A stretch of DNA of 13,762 nt from Oligoflexales bacterium (GCA_045105515.1 JBGCDR010000276.1:1-13762); one strand, 5' to 3'. Shown: positions 1 through 7,891, numbered from the stretch's first letter. Numbers and translations: made by a program. Notes: generated by a model not told the origin, from the sequence alone.

Positions 1-29
1 ATGTTGATATTTTTTAGTTTCATGCCCAC
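1..29 (-). CDS. Possible 5' end of a gene running off the left edge (GTG at 29 or ATG at 23; MKLKNIN...)
   Basis: Minus strand reads AGGA-aatct-GTG-GGC-ATG-AAA-CTA-AAA-AAT-ATC-AAC, an SD-like AGGA 5 nt before an in-frame GTG, and the frame stays open to the window edge. Too short to identify. Confidence 0.3.
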
Positions 30-140
30 AGATTTCCTGAATTCATATGTAAATTCAGCATAATACCTAATCTGTGCGAAAATTGATTTTTAATATGTCT
101 TCGGCTTGTATGACGAGTTTTTAGAGTTCAGTCAGTGCTC

Positions 141-170
141 CCTCCCCTTGTTAGGGATATGACAGGGAGG
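141..170. repeat. GC-rich intergenic hairpin (3' stem-loop or degenerate REP-like palindrome)
   Basis: CCTCCC(CT)TGTTA-gggata-TGACAGGGAGG; lies 27 nt past the stop of the 198..1019 gene; no U-tract on either strand. Confidence 0.35.
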
Positions 171-197
171 CTTGGTGAAAAGAGAGTCAATATTTGC

Positions 198-1019
198 TCA
201 TTTCATATTTCGATTATCAACATCGACTTTAATGAATTTCTTTGCCGTAGATCTTGAAATATCTGAATTCTTTACAATTTTTTCTACTAAATTGGCATTA
301 ACCCTTCGATTATAATTTTGGTAACCTAAAGCTGAAAGAGAAGCAAACAAAAGAGTTGCTCCAACTTCAGTAGCCAGCAAACTTTGAAGAAGTGGCTCAG
401 ACCAGTCCCAAGAAGTTGCTGTCAACCAAGGCCAATTTGTAGAAACCCAATCATAAAATGGCTGATTATAAACAAGTGCCCAACTAGCAGGTATTGCAGC
501 TGCGGGAATAGCTGCCCCCAGTAAATAAGGACTTTTCATCGCTGCACGAGTTTTATCGATCTCATCATCTATTTTAGTAAACTCAGCAACGGCTTCTTCA
601 TGGCTCATCCCCTTATCTTCAAGCTCCCCAATAATTTTTTCTCGAGCATAATCGAGATCCCAATGCCCATTATCACGAATTTGTTTTAGGAGTTCCTCAC
701 GGTCTTTTTTAATTAATAACTCTATCTGCTTTAGATCATCCTTAGATAAAGTATTACCTGGTGTTAAATTACTAGTATTAATCAGAGAATCTAAATCACT
801 AGATTCAGAGATTTTACTGCTAAAAAACCTAGTATTATAGTATTCAAAGTCTACTGCAGGTTTGGTTTTTAAAATATGATATCTCACTGCTGTTGCGAGA
901 GTAGGAGCTATTTTTCTTGCATTGCTTGCAAGGGGATTAGCTACAAGAGGACTTAACATAGTTTCTAAATTAATTAGCAAAATAGAAAACACCATAAATC
1001 TAAGGCTTCGAAGTACCAC
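198..1019 (-). CDS. Hypothetical secreted/membrane protein (signal-peptide-like N-terminus, two C-terminal hydrophobic helices)
   Basis: 273-aa ORF; GTG start with AGGAG (1027..1031 on -) 7 nt upstream; basic-then-hydrophobic N-terminus ending LVA; hydrophobic segments at about aa 165-184 and 214-233; no family recognised. Confidence 0.8.
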   Translation of the reverse strand: MVLRSLRFMVFSILLINLETMLSPLVANPLASNARKIAPTLATAVRYHILKTKPAVDFEYYNTRFFSSKISESSDLDSLINTSNLTPGNTLSKDDLKQIELLIKKDREELLKQIRDNGHWDLDYAREKIIGELEDKGMSHEEAVAEFTKIDDEIDKTRAAMKSPYLLGAAIPAAAIPASWALVYNQPFYDWVSTNWPWLTATSWDWSEPLLQSLLATEVGATLLFASLSALGYQNYNRRVNANLVEKIVKNSDISRSTAKKFIKVDVDNRNMK

Positions 1020-1174
1020 TGGTCTGCTCCTACAAAAACTATAGATAAATTTTTCTCAACTAGCGCAAATGCACCAGCAACCTAAGTTTATTACCTGGCA
1101 AGAACCATTTAAGCAAGTAAGAAAGTGCTTTTTTCTGGGTTTAATAACACTGGAGAAATTGATTAATGACCTGT

Positions 1175-1200
1175 AAAAAAAATAGTCAAAGCTATTTTTT
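1175..1200 (-). terminator. Weak intrinsic terminator candidate for the DedA-hydrolase gene
   Basis: On the minus strand, overlapping and following the TGA: AAAAAATAG-ctttga-CTATTTTTTTT, an AT-rich stem running into eight T. Confidence 0.35.
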
Positions 1201-2624
1201 CAATCTATTTTATAGCTAGCTTTGGACTTATCGTGAACGGTGTCCAAATACGGTGATCCTAAAATATTGATCAGAGCATCACCTACGTCTCGTCTGTATA
1301 AAAATTCGAAATGAGTGACATGATGCATAGGAATAGGAACAACTGAAGTGGATTTTGTTCTTGGTTTAAACAAACCATGCTCACCTCTAGCTACACGGTC
1401 TTTATTAGAAAAAAGATTAAATATCCTTACATCTCGAGGGATTTCCGAATTATGAAGGTCTTTAAGCAGGTCTGACCCCGGACGCATTTGCCATAAATCT
1501 TTAAATACAAGCCCAATAGGGGTCACTAGAGCTAACCAAGTAAGCAAACTTCCCTTGAATGGAGTTCCCATGGTAATTACCTTATGACAATACTTTGATC
1601 CACCAAGTTTTAACACCCACCATAAAGCTACAAGACCTCCTTTAGAGTGAGCTACAATAGTCACCTTATCGAACTTATGGCGGTCGAATTGTCTTTTAAG
1701 CTTAAAATCTATAAAATTGGCTGTATCTTTGATACCTTTGGTAAAGAAGACTCCAAGCAATCCTCCTAAGTTAAAACTAATAACTTCATATCCCTGCCTT
1801 GTTAAAATCCTTTCCAGAACTGTTAGAGCTCGACGAGAAGAGAAATACCCATAAACAAGGAGGATAGGAATTTTTGCCGGGTTGTGTTGATGCCTTTTAA
1901 CAATTTCATTATTGTATTTGACTTCTTCTTTTAACTCTATCCACATAGCCTTAAGCCTAACCCATAAACTACTCCCTTTTTTCCGACTAATAAACTCAAT
2001 GATAAACCCTGGCAAAATGCAGAATATAATTATGACACTAAGAGTGGTTACGGTGACACTAAATACTGTTGAATCCTGAGTAGCAATTATTGAAAATAGG
2101 TAAGATTCTGGTATGATAGCAACAAATGTTACAAGAATTACATACTTCCAGCGAAAATCTAAAAGGCCAAAGATCAAGGTACATAGATCAAATGGTATGA
2201 TAGGCACTAAACGACATACCAAAACAATCTTCCAGTCTTGGGAACGGATAAACCTGAGAGTTTGAGGTAAGTTTGATGAAAGCCAAGGGTTTACAAGTCT
2301 TTTTCCAATTGCCTTTGCAAGCAAGTACACGGCAACACAGGAAAGCGTCGCACCCAAAGCTGCAAGTACAGTACCTTTAATGGGCCCAAAGGTACTACCT
2401 GCCATCATGGCAAAAATTGGTATCGGAGTTAAGAGAAATGGTCGAATAATGTTGAGAAGTAGAAAACTCTGTAAAGGTAAATTCTTTTCAGCTAGACAGG
2501 TAAGTAAAGTAGCATTGCAAGTGTGCTCCCAAAAATTCTTTGCTAAAAAAAAACCACCGACAATAAGTATCAGTTCGATTGCAATAACTGTTTGTAACTG
2601 CTTGTGGTAGCCATGGAGCTTCAT
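1200..2624 (-). CDS. Fusion protein: DedA/VTT (TVP38/TMEM64, SNARE-associated) membrane domain + alpha/beta-hydrolase (lipase/esterase)
   Basis: aa ~55-180 show TVP38 signatures (IRPFLLTP, AGSTFGPIKG, GATLS...YLLAKAIG, CRLVPIIPFD, AIIP). aa ~250-460 have LLVYGYFS (oxyanion region), nucleophile elbow AHSKGG (S327), MGTPFKGS, SNKDRVA (D409) and VTHFEFL (H438). Confidence 0.85.
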   Translation of the reverse strand: MKLHGYHKQLQTVIAIELILIVGGFFLAKNFWEHTCNATLLTCLAEKNLPLQSFLLLNIIRPFLLTPIPIFAMMAGSTFGPIKGTVLAALGATLSCVAVYLLAKAIGKRLVNPWLSSNLPQTLRFIRSQDWKIVLVCRLVPIIPFDLCTLIFGLLDFRWKYVILVTFVAIIPESYLFSIIATQDSTVFSVTVTTLSVIIIFCILPGFIIEFISRKKGSSLWVRLKAMWIELKEEVKYNNEIVKRHQHNPAKIPILLVYGYFSSRRALTVLERILTRQGYEVISFNLGGLLGVFFTKGIKDTANFIDFKLKRQFDRHKFDKVTIVAHSKGGLVALWWVLKLGGSKYCHKVITMGTPFKGSLLTWLALVTPIGLVFKDLWQMRPGSDLLKDLHNSEIPRDVRIFNLFSNKDRVARGEHGLFKPRTKSTSVVPIPMHHVTHFEFLYRRDVGDALINILGSPYLDTVHDKSKASYKID

Positions 2625-2720
2625 GAAGGCCTAAGCCCTTTACCGGATGTATTTAAAATGAATGGCAAAAGTTTACTGTTACATTTTATCACTTGGATCA
2701 ATCACGATAGGAGGGCAAAA

Positions 2721-3431
2721 ATGCCTAGTTGTGCTAGAAAAATAGCATATCTTGCAATTTTTTTAAACTTACTTGACTTCACATTCAGTTACTCCAATAC
2801 TATAAAAAAGCCAATACCCAGTACAAATCACATCAAAAACATCCAAAAAAAAATCTTACATATCGCTAATAGATTGATGGAAGACCTTCCCATATCGTAT
2901 GTTTATGGAGGCTCTCAAGTAACAAGCATTAACTCATGCCAATCATGCACTGAATGCTTATTACATAAATCCCCTCGATCTAAAAACCGCCTTATAAAAT
3001 GCCCAAGCTGCAAGAATTGTAGTCTGGATTGCAGCCATTTTACCCAACTGGTATATAAACTTGCTGGCTTAGATACCCCATACCTTGACACTCGTTCAAT
3101 GCTAAACATTAATCCTAGATCACTTCTTAAAAACTACCATTTAGTGTCAATACCCCATTTATCATTGGCTCAAGCAGGCGATCTCCTAGTTTATAAAGGA
3201 CATGTAGTCATTCTTGAAAGGGCCCACAATATTTCCCGAGGCGACATCATTCATGCAACTGGTGGCAAAGATATAAAGGAGCCTGGTCAAGGAATCCAAA
3301 GAGAAAGGAATGTCATTATCCAGTCGTTTCGCGGACAATTAAAGAGAATTTTTCGTCATAAAAAACTGATACCTAGGCACTATGAGCATAATTCCAGCCA
3401 CATGCAAAGCTCAGGCTCAAACCACCAATAG
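2721..3431 (+). CDS. Secreted NlpC/P60 (C40) family cysteine peptidase with cysteine-rich insert
   Basis: Start moved from 2604 to ATG 2721 (AGGAGG at 2709..2714; removes the overlap with the divergent gene and exposes a signal peptide). Motifs YVYGG, LDCSHFTQLVY (C104), AGDLLVYKGHVVI (H161), DIIHA (H178). Confidence 0.85.
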   Translation: MPSCARKIAYLAIFLNLLDFTFSYSNTIKKPIPSTNHIKNIQKKILHIANRLMEDLPISYVYGGSQVTSINSCQSCTECLLHKSPRSKNRLIKCPSCKNCSLDCSHFTQLVYKLAGLDTPYLDTRSMLNINPRSLLKNYHLVSIPHLSLAQAGDLLVYKGHVVILERAHNISRGDIIHATGGKDIKEPGQGIQRERNVIIQSFRGQLKRIFRHKKLIPRHYEHNSSHMQSSGSNHQ

Positions 3432-3463
3432 GGCCCGAATACCCTATTACCAAAAAGTCACGA

Positions 3464-3492
3464 TTGAATTTCAGCTTGGATGGGGTTATGTT
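3464..3492 (+). promoter_or_regulatory. Candidate sigma70 promoter for efp-accB-accC
   Basis: TTGAAT (3464..3469), 17-nt spacer, TATGTT (3487..3492), about 75 nt upstream of efp. Confidence 0.4.
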
Positions 3493-3568
3493 CGGTAGCT
3501 GGTGTAATTCTACAATCTACTCCGCAGCATGGCATCGAAAAACTATGTAAAAAGGAACTTGAGAGCTT

Positions 3569-4132
3569 ATGTACCAAACGACAGATTTCCGCAAAGGCTT
3601 AAAAATTGAGTATGAAAACAACGCATACACCATTGTAGAATTCCAGCATGTAAACCCTGGAAAAGGCTCAGCTTTTGTTAGAACTCGCATAAAAAATTTG
3701 GAAACAGGAAAGGTTCTCGACGTTACCTTTAAAGCTGGAGTCGATAAAGTCGGAATTCCAGATATATCTTTTTCTGAAATGCAGTACCTTTACAATGATG
3801 GTGAAAGCTATCACTTCATGGATAACAAAACCTATGACCAGGTGGGACTCACCGCCGAAGAGGTAGGTGATGCTAAATTTTACTTGGTAGAAAATAGCGT
3901 AGTAAAGGTCACAATTTACAAAGGTAAAGCTGCAGCTATCGATCTGGAAAATTTTGTTGAATTAAAAGTTGAAGAAACCCAGCCAAATATCAAGGGTGAT
4001 ACATCTTCAGGAGGTGGCAAACCAGCCACCATGGAAACCGGTTTAACCATCACAGTACCTTTCCATATCAATGCTGGAGATGTCCTCAAGGTAGACACTA
4101 GAACTAACAAGTATGTTGAAAAGGTGAAGTAA
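3569..4132 (+). CDS. efp: Translation elongation factor P
   Basis: 187 aa; FQHVNPGKGSAFVRTRIKNL loop (K32), MQYLYNDG, KGDTSSGGGKPATMETG, VPFHINAGDVLKVDTR. Confidence 0.98.
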   Translation: MYQTTDFRKGLKIEYENNAYTIVEFQHVNPGKGSAFVRTRIKNLETGKVLDVTFKAGVDKVGIPDISFSEMQYLYNDGESYHFMDNKTYDQVGLTAEEVGDAKFYLVENSVVKVTIYKGKAAAIDLENFVELKVEETQPNIKGDTSSGGGKPATMETGLTITVPFHINAGDVLKVDTRTNKYVEKVK

Positions 4133-4135
4133 CTC

Positions 4136-4621
4136 ATGGATCTGAGTAAGATTGAGCAGATGATGAAGCTGATGCGTAGCTATGGCATGCATGAGTTTGA
4201 GTGGGAGACTGAAGGCCAAAAAGTTAAACTAGTGCAAAGCACAGGAGTAGGGATAGGTCAACAACCTGTAGTCAACCCTTATGCGCTACCTCCGCTTGGT
4301 TCACATAGTGCAAACCCAACTCCTGAAAACCAGGACAACGAACCTAGAAGTCCAGCTGCTACAACACCAAAATCCAAAAATAAGAACTTAAAAGAGATTC
4401 GCTCTCCATTTGTTGGAACTTTTTATGCTGCCCCTACACCCGGCTCCGACAACTTTGTATCCGTTGGACAAAAAGTCAAAAAGGGTGACACGCTTTGCAT
4501 TGTAGAAGCAATGAAGTTGATGAACGAAATTGAAGCAGAAAAAGATGGAATCATTGCCGAAATTCTTGTGGAAAATGAAGAACCAGTGGAATACGATCAG
4601 GTTCTTTTCCTCATGGAGTAA
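4136..4621 (+). CDS. accB: Acetyl-CoA carboxylase biotin carboxyl carrier protein
   Basis: 161 aa; [13 protein letters not shown], biotinylation motif [10 protein letters not shown], Pro-rich linker; starts 3 nt after the efp stop and precedes accC. Confidence 0.97.
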   Translation: MDLSKIEQMMKLMRSYGMHEFEWETEGQKVKLVQSTGVGIGQQPVVNPYALPPLGSHSANPTPENQDNEPRSPAATTPKSKNKNLKEIRSPFVGTFYAAPTPGSDNFVSVGQKVKKGDTLCIVEAMKLMNEIEAEKDGIIAEILVENEEPVEYDQVLFLME

Positions 4622-4652
4622 TAATTTCTTCTCTTGGAATGGAGCTTAAGAA

Positions 4653-5981
4653 GTGAAAAAGGTTCTAATTGCTAACCGCGGAGAAATTGCGGTTAGAGTG
4701 ATTCGCGCTTGCCAGGAGCTGGGACTTAAAACTGTTGCGATACACTCCTCGGCAGATAAAGACTCCTTGCATGCCAAATTAGCAGACGAAAGTGTGTGCA
4801 TAGGGCCAGGACCCAGTATAAACAGCTATCTACATATTCCAGCAATCATGAGCGCCGCGGAAATTACCGGGGTTGATGCCATTCATCCCGGATATGGATT
4901 TCTTGCCGAAAGCGCTGATTTTGCCAAAGTATGTGCTGCCTACAACATAAAATTTATTGGCCCAACCCCAGAGCAAATCAGATCTTTGGGAGATAAAGTA
5001 GAAGCAAGAAGACTCGCAATAGAGTCCGATGTCCCTTTGTTACCAGGTAGCAAGGGCATTATCAAAGACAATAAGGACGCTCTCAATATCGCTCAAGAAA
5101 TAGGCTATCCTTGTATCATCAAAGCAGCTGCTGGGGGCGGTGGGCGAGGAATGAAAATCGCTCATAGGGAATCTGAACTAATAAAGCAGTTGCAGCTAGC
5201 ACAAAAAGAAGCTCTCGCTTGTTTTGGAAACCCAGACTGTTTCATCGAACGCTACCTTACAAAACCAAGACATGTGGAAGTTCAGATAGTAGCCGATGAG
5301 CATGGAAATATTGCCTACCTAGGAGAAAGAGACTGTTCGATCCAAAGACGACATCAGAAACTCGTCGAAGAGTCTCCATGCCTTGACCTAAGCGAAGAAT
5401 TAAGAAAAAAGGTGGGCAATTTGGCAATCAACTTAGCCAAAGTTGTGAACTACCAGTCTCTTGGGACAGCAGAATTTCTATATCAAGACGGCCAGTTCTA
5501 TTTTATGGAAATGAATACGCGAGTTCAAGTAGAGCACCCAGTTACAGAAATGGTAATGGCAGTAGACCTTATCAAGGAGCAGATTCTCATTGCTCAGGGC
5601 AAAAAATTGACCCTCAAATCAGGCCTATACCCACGTGGGCATGCTATAGAGTGTCGTATTAATGCCGAAGACCCTAAAACTTTTGCACCATGGCCTGGAA
5701 TTATTACTGGCTATCATGAGCCTGGAGGACCGGGTATTAGAATTGACAGCATGATATATAAGGGTTACAGGGTTCCATCGCTCTATGATTCAATGATTGC
5801 TAAGGTGATTGCTTTTGGAGGCGATCGAATGGAAGCAATTTACCGGATGCGCAGAGCTTTGAGAGAAATGAAAGTTGAGGGAATTCGTACCAATATTCCC
5901 TTTCATTTAAAACTTCTGGAAGATCCTAACTTCATCAAAGGGGATATTCATACAAACTTCCTCAGCAGCTTCAGCCTATAG
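4653..5981 (+). CDS. accC: Acetyl-CoA carboxylase biotin carboxylase subunit
   Basis: KKVLIANRGEIAVR, HPGYGFLAE, KAAAGGGGRGM, ERDCSIQRRHQKL, EMNTRVQVEHPVTE, YDSMIAK; GTG start with GGAG at 4641..4644. Confidence 0.98.
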   Translation: MKKVLIANRGEIAVRVIRACQELGLKTVAIHSSADKDSLHAKLADESVCIGPGPSINSYLHIPAIMSAAEITGVDAIHPGYGFLAESADFAKVCAAYNIKFIGPTPEQIRSLGDKVEARRLAIESDVPLLPGSKGIIKDNKDALNIAQEIGYPCIIKAAAGGGGRGMKIAHRESELIKQLQLAQKEALACFGNPDCFIERYLTKPRHVEVQIVADEHGNIAYLGERDCSIQRRHQKLVEESPCLDLSEELRKKVGNLAINLAKVVNYQSLGTAEFLYQDGQFYFMEMNTRVQVEHPVTEMVMAVDLIKEQILIAQGKKLTLKSGLYPRGHAIECRINAEDPKTFAPWPGIITGYHEPGGPGIRIDSMIYKGYRVPSLYDSMIAKVIAFGGDRMEAIYRMRRALREMKVEGIRTNIPFHLKLLEDPNFIKGDIHTNFLSSFSL

Positions 5982-6076
5982 CCTTCTAGCCCATGTCTTG
6001 CCTTGCAAGCTTCTTTAAGCGATCCTATTAGAAGAGCAATCGCAAACTCGATAAACAAGCCCACCATTCTAAACAA

Positions 6077-7756
6077 ATGGCGGCTAAGCTATTGGTATCT
6101 GGTATGTCCAAGGGCCTGGAAAAAATCCTTAAAAAAATTAGAGAACACCCTAACCGCAAAGTACTTAGAGAACGATACCTTGCCTTGGTCTCGGAGATTG
6201 AGTCTTCTGATGAGCGGCAAACACGCATGCTAGACCTAGGGAATGTCTTCTACAATATTGACCCCTCGGAAAGCATGCAGATTGCCCATCAGGTATACCG
6301 GCAAAACAAGAAATCTATACAAGCTCTAAAACTAATAAAACTATGCTTAGACAAATTAGGAAGAAAAGGCAAAGCCGAAATAATCGATAAAGAGATTCAG
6401 AAGCTAGAAGCTGAGGAAGGGTCAGATGATCTTAGACTTCCCCCTCTCCCAAGCTCACCTCCAAGTCTCATTCCAAGTTCAAGTCCAAGCTCCGCAATAG
6501 GGTCCGAGGAAATAACTACAATCACTCAAACAAAAGATATAAACCTCCCTCCGCTTCCGCATGAACAAACATTAAGCCCAAATTATGCAGAAACCAGCGA
6601 CACCCAAGTAGCAAATGAGTATTCACCTAAGATTCCATTCAACACAAATAAGACTCCGAGTTTCGAAGAAGAGGCACCCCTAACTACCCCAATTGAGCCA
6701 AACCAAACTGCATCAGACTCTAAGTCATCACTAGACCCGGAACAAAGATTTGCAGTACCAAGCTTAACCCAGCTACAAAGGGAGCTGCACCAGCAAAGCG
6801 ATAATTTTAACCCTAGCGCCAATAATCCAAAAGACCAACTGTTAGAAGTCACTGAACCAGCTCCCACCTATACGGACCCATTTGAGTCACTTCATAAACC
6901 TAGCAGCGAGACAACTGAAATAGACGACAGCAATCTGACAGACTTACCACAAGACTCTAGCTACACTAAAAAGCATACTAAAATAAGCGACAGCAATCTG
7001 ACAAATTTACCTCAAGACTCTAGCTATTCTGAAAAGGAAACGAAAATAAGCAATAATACGGCTGCTGACACCTTAAAGCATCAAAGTGATCTATGGCAAC
7101 CGGACATTACAACCCCACCGCCACCTCAATTTAGCAGCAAACCTGAATTCCCTCTTCCGAGAAATACATACAAGAAAACTGATTTACCAAAGACCAAGCC
7201 AAATACGCCCCTTTCAGCTTTATCCAAAAATAAAGCTAACCCCCAATTGCTTGGACTATTAGACTCTCTGGACATAAGTCAGTTTTTACAATCAAATAAA
7301 GAGGTAGAAGAAACTCGAGCTACACCTCCTTTACCAGATACTTTTAAACGGTCTTTCCAAAATTGGTATCGGTTGAAAGAACCACTCAATACTCCCAATG
7401 GTGAAGCTCTGCTTTGGGAATTTATCCAAGCTATTTGGGCACAGAACCCTCAAAAAGAGGCTGCTGTTTTCCTTACCCAAACTAATTTAGCTCACCAAAG
7501 CGAAGGGCTTTGGGGAACTTTTCTTGATGGTTTAATTGCAGCAAAATACTATCGCAAGGTAGTATTCGAAATCCGCCAAAAGATTCTTAAAGACCCAAAT
7601 CCACGCTGGAGCCGCGTTGGTTTACCACGCCTGAATATAGCATGTAGTGCTCTAGGGTTTAAAAAACTATGTTGGAAAGAGCAAGAAGGTATGGAAGAGC
7701 TATGCAAGCTACTTAGCAAGCAATTTTGCTTGAACGAATTCCTCGTGACGCCCTAG
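6077..7756 (+). CDS. Hypothetical protein: helical (TPR-like) N-terminal domain, ~300-aa Pro/Ser/Thr-rich disordered linker, helical C-terminal domain
   Basis: 559-aa ORF with clear compositional domains. Start is uncertain (no SD before 6077; alternative ATG at 6104). The TPR call is an impression from the helical pattern only. Confidence 0.8.
   Translation: MAAKLLVSGMSKGLEKILKKIREHPNRKVLRERYLALVSEIESSDERQTRMLDLGNVFYNIDPSESMQIAHQVYRQNKKSIQALKLIKLCLDKLGRKGKAEIIDKEIQKLEAEEGSDDLRLPPLPSSPPSLIPSSSPSSAIGSEEITTITQTKDINLPPLPHEQTLSPNYAETSDTQVANEYSPKIPFNTNKTPSFEEEAPLTTPIEPNQTASDSKSSLDPEQRFAVPSLTQLQRELHQQSDNFNPSANNPKDQLLEVTEPAPTYTDPFESLHKPSSETTEIDDSNLTDLPQDSSYTKKHTKISDSNLTNLPQDSSYSEKETKISNNTAADTLKHQSDLWQPDITTPPPPQFSSKPEFPLPRNTYKKTDLPKTKPNTPLSALSKNKANPQLLGLLDSLDISQFLQSNKEVEETRATPPLPDTFKRSFQNWYRLKEPLNTPNGEALLWEFIQAIWAQNPQKEAAVFLTQTNLAHQSEGLWGTFLDGLIAAKYYRKVVFEIRQKILKDPNPRWSRVGLPRLNIACSALGFKKLCWKEQEGMEELCKLLSKQFCLNEFLVTP
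6449..6496 (+). repeat. Four degenerate 12-bp tandem units beginning CCAAG (PSSP/PSLI/PSSS/PSSA)
   Basis: CCAAG occurs at 6449, 6461, 6473 and 6485, in frame. Confidence 0.6.
6926..7051 (+). repeat. In-frame 63-bp tandem duplication (2 copies, 21 aa)
   Basis: Units start at 6926 and 6989 and encode DSNLTDLPQDSSYTKKHTKIS and DSNLTNLPQDSSYSEKETKIS; 54/63 nt identical by manual count. Confidence 0.95.
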
Positions 7757-7787
7757 ATCATAACAATCAACACATCACATTGCGGCC

Positions 7788-7874
7788 TGGTGCTCGAGGC
7801 CAGACTTGAACTGGCACGAGGTTACCCTCGCAAGATTTTAAGTCTTGTGTGTCTACCAATTCCACCACTCGAGC
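7788..7874 (-). tRNA. tRNA-Leu (anticodon TAA), CCA encoded
   Basis: Reverse complement GCTCGAG TG GTGGAATTGGTAGACAC A CAAGA CTTAAAA TCTTG CGAGG GTAA CCTCG T GCCAG TTCAAGT CTGGC CTCGAGC A CCA: all stems pair, long variable arm, discriminator A; 87 nt. Confidence 0.98.
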
Positions 7875-7891
7875 CCATAGGCCGAATGGGG

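Noticed and set aside
2604..2720. Long N-terminus of the NlpC/P60 ORF
   Set aside because: It overlaps the start of the divergent gene; ATG 2721 has AGGAGG and exposes a signal peptide.
2380..4137. Short ORFs 2380..2610(+), 2915..3109(-), 3916..4137(-)
   Set aside because: Antisense shadows of well-supported genes, with no recognisable motifs.
6028..6054. Sigma28-like -10 box (CTCGATAA) upstream of the 559-aa gene
   Set aside because: No TAAA at the 15-nt spacing; the match is too weak to report.
6003..6867. Short ORFs 6003..6233(+), 6028..6228(-), 6583..6867(-)
   Set aside because: Alternate-frame or antisense overlaps of the 559-aa ORF. 6003..6233 was considered as a frameshift partner, but the main frame is already open from 6077.
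6926..7051. 63-bp repeat as a CRISPR array
   Set aside because: Only two contiguous in-frame coding units, no unique spacers and no cas genes.
7788..7874. tRNA-Leu as an integration (att) site or group I intron host
   Set aside because: No integrase and no duplicated tRNA 3' end seen (only short CTCGAGC matches near 641 and 7314); the anticodon loop is uninterrupted.
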